Shown here: in pieces, positions 1 to 64,000 of the stretch
Position numbering within the stretch: the first letter of the stretch is position 1
Layout: every line of letters starts with the position of its first letter
Origin: Raja brachyura
Taxonomy: Eukaryota
Assembly: GCA_963514005.1 (NCBI GenBank)
Contig: OY740793.1
Coordinates: 28,768,001 to 28,832,000 of the forward strand
Reading direction: 5' to 3'
DNA length: 64,000 nucleotides
Notes under the pieces: model-generated
Database searches by the model: none
The model's input: the letters and a program-made list of their open reading frames with translations, nothing else
Told to the model about the DNA's origin: nothing
Position numbers and translations under genes: made by a program

Positions 1-3000
1 CCAGAGCAGTAGTATTGTGACTGCATAATTATAATCAAGAAACTAATCATAGTTATGAATTAACATGAGATTTTATCATGTTAAATCACACACCACGTAT
101 TAATATCAATCTTTAAAAATGATAATGGATTTCCACAATAATTTAATAAGAGTCATTAAAGCAACCCTGTGCAACATAAGTGGCATTTCTGAGGGATGTA
201 CTTATTTAGATCATTTCATTCATTTTAAATGTCTGAATTGTAGAGTTCCGCAAGAAGAAATAGCCATCAGTATGGTATAAAAATAACTTTATTGTTTTGG
301 AAGTTCCATTTTACATCCAATAGTCTTGATTATGTTAACACATGGAGAGACAGCTTTACAAATGGAACCCTAGAAGATTAAAGGTCTAGCCTGCAAACAT
401 TTATAAAAGACTGCAATTTTTTTATGAAGCACGAGTTGTGATGAATGTTTTACTGTCCATTACTGGAACAGGGACAGTAATTTTTATATTTTGTACTTGG
501 GATTATAAATAACTCCTCATAAATACCTTTAAAACAACACAAGTGCACAATCCCTTTGACAATTTTAAGCATGTCATTGCAGCTAAGAAAATAAAACAAA
601 TGAATATTGTGCATTTCAGCAAAATGCACCTCCTAACCACTCACATCAAAATACTCTGCATAAAGGTTATCATTGTGAATCTATATTAACCAGGTCTTGT
701 TATGAAATCAATGAATTCTGCAGAATTCTCATTTATCAAATCAAGGTGGACTCTGGTCGAATGGCTAAATTTATACTGTCAAAACTAAATGCATTTTATG
801 CAACATCACCAAAACATCTGTTTCTTATGTTTTAGAACAACTAATGTGCTATTCAAGTTTTTTTAATGTTTGGGTGTAGAGCCATGGGTCATGTTATAAA
901 ATATCAGTAAGAAATGTGAGGAACTGAAAAAAAATTAGTTGTCGCTTCCAGTTTAACCAAACGTAGGTCGTAACCGTCTGCAGACTGCAGAGATGAACAT
1001 TCACGTCAGTCTTGAGGTTGAAGAACTGAAACCTAGTTTTCACCAGTTTTTCCGAATCTCTGCGAATGGTTTACAGAATATCATCAGAAAACTGGGAAAA
1101 GTGCAAATGTTCATTTAAGTGTGCACTCTCTTCTTGGGGTCATTCACAAATTTACAACTGGAGGTTGCCACAAGCACATCAAACATTCTAGGTCAATGCC
1201 TTCAAACATTTGTTAACTTTCTGAGAACCAGTCACATAGTGTTTTTTTATACAGAGTCCAACAATTCTGAAATTGAACAGGAACTGTCACTCTTTTTAAC
1301 TACAGTAATCTCTTTTACCTCAGGATACAGTGAAGGTATCTATGAAAATATAATACTGACAAAAGAGGTGATTTCTTTTTTTCCCCACCGTAAAGTTATC
1401 TTTAATACATGTCCATTAATACAATAATAGTTTTTTTTAAATTCATTATAATAGGATCTGTACCCTTCGGGTTTAAATACAAATGCCGATCGTATCAGAG
1501 AATGTGTGCTTACATATATACTGATGTTAATGTATTTACAAAATATTATCGCTCTAGATGTTTAACCTAATCTTCCAGAAAGAATAACAGAATAAAATAA
1601 AGAACATTTCACAAAAGATAGACACCTTGTAACATTTCATAAAAGTTCCCTGGTCCTCAAAGATCGTTGATCGTATGGCTCTGATCATGTCAGCATGTGT
1701 ACAGTCATGACAGTACTGCTTAAGATTTTCAAAGCATCTCAGAGACTTAAAAAAAAAAACCCTGGATATTGCATCTGATCAATATATATACATTTTCTGG
1801 ATATTGACTATGAATGGCCATTAAAAAATCACCATTTTGAGTTTGAAATTGATATGCTGTGCATTATTAAACCCTTTGGTATTTCTGAATTGTCGTGACC
1901 CTATTCTTAACATCTTGCAATGATGTAAGATCCCAGTACATTTACCAATTAAAATGATGGTATTTGATTTCCTATTCCGAGCACTATAGGATGTAGTTGA
2001 AGAGCCTCTTTTATTCCAACAAAACATGGTTGTAAAGAAGTTATATTCTGAAAGTTCTAAATCAAAAGCTTACTGTAGCTTATCATTCTAAATACAGTAT
2101 TAATATTGAAAATGTTAATCCACTGACATCTATAATCTGTTTAGAAGAATCTGATAGTGAGCAACTACATGATTGGCAGTTAGGTCTCCTCTGTGACACT
2201 ATTCAGATCTTAATTTGCACATTCACCAATGGTACACTCAATGGACCACAACACTGGTGAACTGGTTCTAATCTGAATATATTTTATTTTCATAGTGGAG
2301 TGTAAAATATGTGAAATATTGGTGTCTGGTCTGAGAAAGATTATGGGATCTAATCTTCAATGGTATGAACTGCATCTTACATTGACAGGGTAAAAATTAA
2401 TTATCTGTTGCCCCAGTAGATGGGTTCAAGTGAATGGTGCAGTACACTGTGTGATATAAAATAACAAAAGATCCATTGATGATGGCACAAAATTGTATTG
2501 AAAAAAGATCCCTATTCTATTGAATCAAAATTAGGAAGGATAAATAATTATAAGAGGAAAGAAAATGCATTTCTAATGGATATATTACTGTTCATAGCAA
2601 AGACAGCCCTTTATTCGAGGATTTCCTTAAACAGTCCATTAATTTCTTCATTTCTGATATACTGTTTCAGAAGTATGTATTTGCCATTCATTCATTCGTG
2701 TTTAGAGATTAGCTTTTGGCAAGGAGCAGTTCTTCACAAAGGATGTTAAAAGGAAGCTTTGGTTTATAAAGTAAAAAGTAATCCATCGACTTACCAGTAA
2801 ATATTTTATAATTGTGAACAGAATAGTTCAATTTCCAAGCACCAAACCTCGACATAAAGCATCCCTGAACAAATTTATCTGTATACATTTCATCACATAG
2901 TCACCTTTTAAAGGAATAACCACTATTGAAATTACTTGATGGATTATGGTGCCTCCAAGAGATAATAAATAATGTATGCATCAGTGACATTTTACTTGAA

Positions 3001-3117
3001 ATACTTTATCCATCCACAAAGCATCCTAATGTTTTTAACTTATTATGATGAAGGTCCCTCAGAGCTGAATCATAATTGAACCAGAAACAGTTTGGTGAAT
3101 TGTTACTTGTTTGCTGA
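1..3117 (-). other. Probable ABCC5 3' UTR and downstream region
   Basis: Follows the stop codon, AT-rich, no recognisable repeats. Minus-strand AATAAA candidates near 2610, 2283, 2010 and 288; the true 3' end is unknown. Confidence 0.5.
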
Positions 3118-56965
<53,848 letters not shown>

Positions 56966-57324
56966 CTAAAGGATGGAGAGAAGACACCGCCATTAAATAC
57001 AGTCATATAAGGTTTCAAGGTCAGTTTATCGTCACATGTACCAATTAAGGTACAGTGAAATTTGAGTTACCACACAGCCATACTAAGTGAAAAGCAACAA
57101 GACACAGAACCACATAAAAGTCAACATAAACATCCATCACAGTGGATTCCACATTCCACACTGTGATGGAAGGCAAATAAAGTTCAATCTTCTTCCTCTA
57201 GTTCTCCCGCGGTCGGGACAGTCAAACAATCTGCAGTCGGGGCATGCAGGTCAAGTTAACACTTCATGTTACTTTAATCAATATGTGATTTTTTTTAACT
57301 CACAATTGACAAAAACTTACAAAA

Positions 57325-58858
57325 ACTTACTCATCTTCACCTTGGACACCCAGTCACTCTACACCTCCACCCCCCACCAGGAGGGTCTCAAAGTCCTCAG
57401 TTTCTTCCTCGACCGGAGAACCAACCAATCCCTATCTACAGATACTCTCCTCCGCCTAGCGGAGCTGGTCCTTACCCTTAATAACTTTTCGTTTGACTGC
57501 TCCCATTTCCTCCAAATACAAGGCGTAGCTATGAGCACATGCATGGGCCCTAGCTATGCCTGCCTCTTTGTAGGGTACGTCGAACAATCCTTGTTCGAGA
57601 CGTACCAGGGCCCATCCCCGACCTCTACCTCCGCTACATTGATGACTGCATTGGTGCTACTTCCTGTACCCACACACAACTCACTGACTTCATCCGCTTC
57701 ACCACTAAGTTCCATCCGGCACCCAAATACACCTGGACCATTTCCAACACTTCCTTACCATTTCTGGACCTCACTATCTCCATCGCAGGTATAGACTACT
57801 GACCGACATCCACTATAAATCCACTGAGTCCCATGGCTATCTGGACTATACTTCTTCCCACCCTGCTTCCTGTAAGGACTCCATCACCTACTCCCAATTC
57901 CTCTGTCTACGCCGCATCTTCTCCCAGGATGAGGTGTTCCACACCAGGGCATCGGAGATGTCCTCATTCTTCAGGGAACGGGGGTTCCCCACTCCTACCA
58001 TGAGGCTCTCACCAGGGTTTCTTTGATACCCAGTGACACAGCTCCCTCTCCTCATCCCCCCCACTCATAACAAGAGCAGAGTCCCCCTTGTCCTCACCTT
58101 CCACCCTACCAGCCCTCACGTAAACAAATAATCCTCCGTCATTTTCGCCACCTCCAACGTGACACCACCACTTGCCACATCTTCCCACCTCCTCCCCAGT
58201 CTGCTTTCCGCAGAGACCACTCCCTCTGTAACTTCCTGGTCAATTCATCCCTTCCCACCCGAACCACACTCTCTCCGGGCACTTTCCCTTGCAACCGCAA
58301 GAAATGCTACACTTGTCGCTTTACCTCCCCCCTTGACTCCATTCAAGGACCCAAGCAGTCATTCCAGGTGCGAAAGAGGTTCACCTGCACCTCCTCCAAC
58401 CTCATCTATTGCATCCGCTGCTCTATATGTCAGCTGATCTACATCGGTGAGACCAAGCGTAAGCTTGGCGATCGTTTCGCTGAACACCTTCGCTCGGTTC
58501 GCAATAACCAACCTGATCTCCCGGTGGCTCAGCACTTCAACTCCCCCTCCCATTCTGAATCTGACCTTTCTGTCCTGGGCCTCCTCCACAGCCCGAGCGA
58601 GGACCCCAGTGGTATGAACATTGACTTCTCTAATTTCAGGTAGCTCATACTGTCTCCTCCCCTTCTCAGCTCTCCCTCAGCCCTCTGGCTCCTCCTCTTC
58701 CTTTCTTATTCCCGCGGCACCCACCCTCACATCAGAAGGATTTCGGCCTGAAACATTGCCTAGTTCCTTCGCTCCATAGATGCTGCTGCACCCGCTGAGT
58801 TTCTCCAGCATTTTCGTCTACCTTCGATTTTCCAGCATCTGCAGTTCCTTCTTAAACA
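57325..58858 (+). mobile_element. Penelope-like retroelement (end of RT, GIY-YIG endonuclease, terminal repeat), degraded
   Basis: DTQSLYTS, GVAMSTCMGPSYACLF, RYIDD, LIYCIRC..C..IYIGETKRKL..RFAEH. Confidence 0.92.
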
Positions 58859-60425
58859 GTAACAATCCTAGTTACCTCTGTTTAAATAATGTTATTACCC
58901 AAGGCATGACCATTTAGAAGAAATTAATGACTTTTGTCAGGGATTAATCCAAAATGTTCATGTCAGTTATTTTTCCACAACATGGTGTCTATACCAACAA
59001 ACAGGAAGTAACTTGCTTGTATTAACAACCCAGCTGCTGTTAGAACCCAAATGATATTAGTGGAATCCTGGTAGGAAAACAAAATAAGTCAATTTATCTA
59101 GTGCACAATGGTGCAGAGAAGGTTGTGGCAACAAGATTGAAAATATGATGTATTTGTCTGTTAAACATGTGTAAAAGAGGGAACACCTTTCAATGCTTTC
59201 AAGTTGAGTTGTGGAAATAATTTCTTCCATATATTCTAGGGTCTGAATTTCATTACTGCCCACCTGGTGGCTGTAGAAAAGTTGGGAGTAGATTTTAGCT
59301 TTTCCTTGGAAGAAACTGGGGAAGAGCAGGGAGCTAGAATGCAGTTGAAATGAAGAAGGGATCTTACCCTCTTTCTTTTCAAATCAGCTGACTGCAATTT
59401 TGAACTTCATGTGGGGAAGGGCTCTTCCCCAAGTTGACAGAATCCTGATTAAGTATTCAGATCACCTCTGAACGACATTAGGCCCAAATAAAATGTTGCC
59501 TGAATGGGGAACAGTAATGTCTTTCCCAACAGGCCAAACTTGCCAGAACGAAGCCAACATCGAACAAGGCTAATTTACAATATTTTCATATTTCCTATGC
59601 AGATCAGATAAGTAGGTATATTTCTCTGACCACATAAGGAAATATTATGCATTCACCTCAGGAATCCCCATCACACCCCACACTCCTGCATCACAGTTCC
59701 CTCACCAAAACATTTTGTCCTGGGATTATTCATGGTTATGATGCCAGCAAATCTCCCTGATGCTTCACCGACCAAATGCTTTGCCTCCAACTTTATGGGG
59801 GATCTAAAACTGAGCTCAATATTTCTCATTCTCATTTCCTTGTTCATTGCAGGATTTTAACTGAAATTCCTCAGAAGCAACAATCTACTAAATATTGGCT
59901 TAGACATTTCAGATATTGAAAGAACATAGGAAACAGCAACCAGAATAATTTGATGAGAGAGAATTATAGGATTAATGAGAGTCATAAACTACAATGAGCA
60001 TGTTCTTCCTTGTAAATTTAATCATGACTAAAGTGTGTGTCGTATTTTGGATTCTAACCCAATATTAATATAGATCATGACAAGCTTGTCCAGTCTAGAT
60101 GACAACGTTTTTTGCTTGACTAAATTCAAAACTAATCAATGAAAACAATATTTCAAAATATTTTTCTTTGCTAAGAACAACAAGAGTTTCAGTACGAAGA
60201 TAATAAGGCAAAAACATACAAATTGCATGCAGTAGTTAAATTGCAGAACAACTTTAAATGATTGAATAGGCTTGTCCTGTTCCAACGAATAAATAGACTG
60301 CCTATGTGCACAACTCCTCGAGGAGATGATAGATTGATATGAATGAATATAAATGAAAATTAGATTTTTATCAGTAAACAACATCTGGGAAAACTAAATG
60401 ATTAACTGAGACATGAAATACAGTG

Positions 60426-60530
60426 CAGTAAACCCTCGTTTTAATGGACCCTTTTATAATGGATTTTGGTTACAGCAAATGGAACTGCCGACGCCACTCC
60501 TACAGCCCATTAACTCTACACAATGATTGC
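60426..60530. mobile_element. Tigger/pogo-like terminal fragment
   Basis: CAGTAAACCCTCGTTTTAATGGAC resembles a pogo/Tigger TIR; no partner TIR found. Confidence 0.3.
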
Positions 60531-60844
60531 CATAGCAATTAGGATAACAAGAACATACACAATAAATAAATACTCATTTATTGCTTCCAACAATAAAAAA
60601 TAGATAAATGAGGACTATAAAGGTTGTTTCTTCAAAAGTCTATGGTCAAGTATTTTATCTTGCACTTCATTCCGCATATTTTTGTGGGACACAAGAACCC
60701 ACAGGTCTATTCTCACCAACTGCATTTCATCAACAATGTTACCATGTCTCCTTATCTCAAAACACCTTTATTTTTAAAGATGTGGTAAATTGATGGCTGC
60801 ATTGTGGAAATGGTGGCCCAGAACTGCTTAGTTCAGAACTATGT

Positions 60845-62070
60845 GAAATGTAGGTCCCTTGCAGTCAGAAACAGGTGAATTGATCATGGGGAACAAGGAC
60901 ATGGCAGACCAATTGAATAACTACTTTGGTTCTGTCTTCACTGAGGAAGACATAAATAATCTTACGGAAATAGTAGGGGACCGGGGGTCAAATGAGATGG
61001 AACTGAGTGAAATCCAGGTTAGCTGGGTAGTGGTGTTAGGTAAATTGAATGGATTAAAGGCTGATAAATCCTCAGGGCCAGATAGGCTGCATCCCAGAGT
61101 ACTTAACAAAGTAGCCGAAGAAAGGGAATTGAACGCAACATCTCCAAGTTTGCGGATGACATGAAGCTGGGGGGCAGTGTTAGCTGTGAGGAGGATGCTA
61201 GGAGGCTGCAAGGTGACTTGGATAGGTTGGGTGAGTGGGCAAATGCATGGCAGATGCAGTATAATGTGAATAAATGTGAGCTTATCCACTTTGGTGGCAA
61301 AAACAGGAAAGTAGACTATTATTTGAATGGTGGCCGATTAGGAAAAGGGGAGATGCAACGAGATCTGGGTGTCATGGTTTCCAGTCATTGAAAGTAGGCA
61401 TGCAGGTGCAGAAGGCTGTGAAGAAAGCAAATGGTATGTTAGCATTCATAGCAAAAGGATTTGAGTATAGGAGCAGGGAGGTTCTACTGCAGTTGTACAG
61501 GGTCTTGGTGAGACCACACCTGGAGTATTGCGTACAGTTTTGGTCTTCTAATCTGAGGAATGACATTCTTGCCATAGAGGGAGTACACAGAAGGTTCACT
61601 CAGACTGATTCTTGGGATGTCAGGACTTTAATATGAAGAAAGACTGGATGGGCTCGGCATGTACTCGCTAGAATTTAGAAGATTGAGGGGGGATCTTACA
61701 GAAGCTTACAAAATTCTTAAGGGGTTGGACAAGCTAGATGCAGGAAGATTGTTCCCGATGTTGGGGAAGTCCAGAACAAGGGGTCACAGTTTAAGGACAA
61801 GGTGGAAGTCTTTTAGGACTGAGATGAGAAAAACATTTTTCACACAGAGAGTGGTGAATCTCTGGAATTCTCTGCCACAGAAGGTAGTTGAGGCCAGTTC
61901 ATTTGATATATTTAAGAGGGAGTTAGATGTGGCCCTTGTGGCTAAGGGGATCAGGGGGTATGGAGAGAAGGCAGGTACGGGATACTGAATTGGATGATAA
62001 GCCATGATCATATTTAATGGCTCAAAGGGCCGAATGGCCTATTCCTGCACCTATTTTCTATGTTTCTATG
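60845..62070 (+). mobile_element. CR1 fragment with internal deletion near 61120
   Basis: KSSGPDRLHPRVL joined directly to the KFADD region; intact 3' end. Confidence 0.9.
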
Positions 62071-62539
62071 AAATAAATAGATTTCTTCAGAAAGAATGCA
62101 TTAAGGACCATTTCCAGAGCAATTTTCATCACTCCAGAAATTCGCCCGGTTTTCTGGAGTACATCCTAAGTCAAGCATGCATCAAAATAATTCGTAAGTC
62201 AAGCATGCATCAAGTGAATTCTTTCTTGTCAATGTTTTTTTTCAAAGAATTGCTGGAGAATTAGACCATGGCTCAACGAGAAATCATTCCTGGAACAATC
62301 AAGCTGTTATTGATCTCAATTGGACTGGGCTGTATATGATATTCTATTTTACTTTCCAACTTTTGGCTTCGACTACCACCGCAATGAAACTAGCATCATA
62401 ATTCACTGCTCTCACCTCCTACAGCGGGAAATGTTTTGTACTGACTATTGATTTGCAGTCATAGAGAGCAAGATTGGCAGACAGATCAGGCATATACACG
62501 ATAAAGAGAGAGGAAAGACCAGTGGTTGAAACTGTATTT

Positions 62540-64000
62540 ATTGCAATGCTGGAGGCTTAACTGGTAAAGTGCATAAACTCTGGGTGTCTATTGGCTTAGG
62601 CGTCTAGTTTATTATAGCCACAGCAGAAATAATGCTGAGAAGAGGGTAAGACTGGAATCGCATTGTTCCTGGGGAATAAATGCTATAGGCGTGATAGAGA
62701 TGCTGGTAAGAGAGGAGATGGCTTGCCCTTTTGATCAAGAAGGACATAACTATAATGCACAGAGATCATGTTCTTGGGATATCCTCCAGTGAGGCTATAT
62801 GGGGTAGAACCTAGAAATAGGAAGGGAATGATCACTGATGGAACTAGGCAGCTTGAATTAGAGGGGTAAATGTGCAGGGAGATTGCAGATACTGTAAAAA
62901 ATAATAGCATCATAGTCACTGTCATACAGTGTGGAAACATGCCACTCAGACACGTCCCACCTGCCTGAATTTGGTCCATATCCTTCCAAACCTACCCTAT
63001 TCATGTACCTGTCCAAATGTTTTTTAAACATTGTGATAGTACCTATCTCAACTACCTTCTCTGGCAGCATGTTCCATATAGCTATCACCCTTTGTGTAAA
63101 AAGGTTGCCCCTCAGGTTCCTATACATTCTCCCCCGCCCCCCCCCCCCCCCCCCCTCTTTCACCTTAAACCTCTGGTTCTTGATTCCCCTACTCTAAGGT
63201 AGGTGATTTCAACTTCCATAATATCGAGCGCGTCTCCCAAAGTGCAAAGAGCGTGGATAGGGTGGAATTTGGTAAATGGGGTCCAAGATCAGTATTTAGA
63301 GGGCCCCACTAGACAGGGCACAATGCTGGACCTCCTCTTAAAGAATGAGACTGAACAAGTGACAGAATTATCAATTAAGGAGCAATTTGGGACCAGTGGA
63401 GATAATTCGATTAAAACTAATGTAGTTATGGTGAAGGTAGCACTGGCTCGACAAGGGCCTAAATTGGATTAAGGCAGATTTGTAGGCATTAGGTGGGAAT
63501 TTGCAGAGGTTGATGGGTAAAGTCTGTTTGTAGGTAAGAGGATGGTTGGAAAGTGTGATCCTCTCAAAAGTATTGAGGCTCTGGTCCGGAAAAAGGAGGG
63601 ATACATCCAATTTAGGCAGTTGGGATCAAGCATATCGCTCCTTGAGTATAAGAAGTGTATGATTATACTTAAGAAGACATTCAGGAGGGCAAATAGAAGA
63701 CATGAAATGGAGATGGCGACCAAGGTCCCATGAATTTCGACAGGTGTATTATAAGTAAAATGGTGGAAAGGAAAATAATTGCTCCTCTTAAAGATCAACA
63801 TGGCCAACTTTGTGTGAAACCACAAAAATTGGGGGAGATCTTTAATGAATACTCATCTATTTTAACTGAGGAGAAGATCATGAAAGCTGACATTGAGGCA
63901 CAGGTCCTGTGATCATATACAAACCGACAAAGAAGATGTATTGGTGGTTTTGAAGTGCATCAAGGTTGATAAATCTCCAAGGGCAGACCAAGCACATAAT
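62540..64000 (+). mobile_element. Old CR1 ORF2 5' part with an opposite-strand CR1 3' tail inserted at about 62920-63200
   Basis: QYLEGPTRQGTMLDLLL; minus-strand WNMLPEKVVEIGTITMFKKHLDRYM. Confidence 0.7.

Noticed and set aside
713-728. 16-bp palindrome GAATTCTGCAGAATTC
   Set aside because: Short enough to arise by chance in 64 kb; no vector context
1119-1427. 102-aa plus-strand ORF
   Set aside because: GTG start, no recognisable domain, lies in UTR-like DNA
57087-57794. 235-aa ORF as a host gene
   Set aside because: Chance read-through into a degraded Penelope RT
59460-59580. Possible NBD1 Walker A exon
   Set aside because: No GxxGSGKT/S motif seen on the minus strand; the exon presumably lies outside the window

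Overview
Vertebrate genomic DNA, AT-rich and repeat-dense. The repeat mix (tRNA/V-type SINEs with CR1 tails, abundant CR1 and Penelope elements) suggests a cartilaginous fish such as a skate or ray; this is an inference. The window holds the 3' two-thirds of a minus-strand ABCC5 (MRP5)-type ABC transporter gene. I traced 18 GT-AG exons by hand from 56965 to the stop at 3118 (2490 nt, frame intact), running from the post-Walker-A part of NBD1 through TMD2 and NBD2. The most notable observation is two extra in-frame phase-1/phase-1 candidate exons (33018-33257, 30105-30482), both with GC-AG donors. They would add 206 aa of acidic, Ser-rich sequence to the NBD1-TMD2 linker, the position occupied by the CFTR R domain. 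The introns contain a near-intact Passport-like Tc1 transposon, non-autonomous Helitrons carrying minisatellites, Harbinger MITEs, L1 and CR1 LINEs, SINEs, and Penelope fragments with minimal hammerhead motifs, including a perfect 95-bp inverted repeat. There is one assembly gap (39547-39855). Repeat boundaries are approximate unless termini are quoted, and family names come from recalled sequences, not searches.
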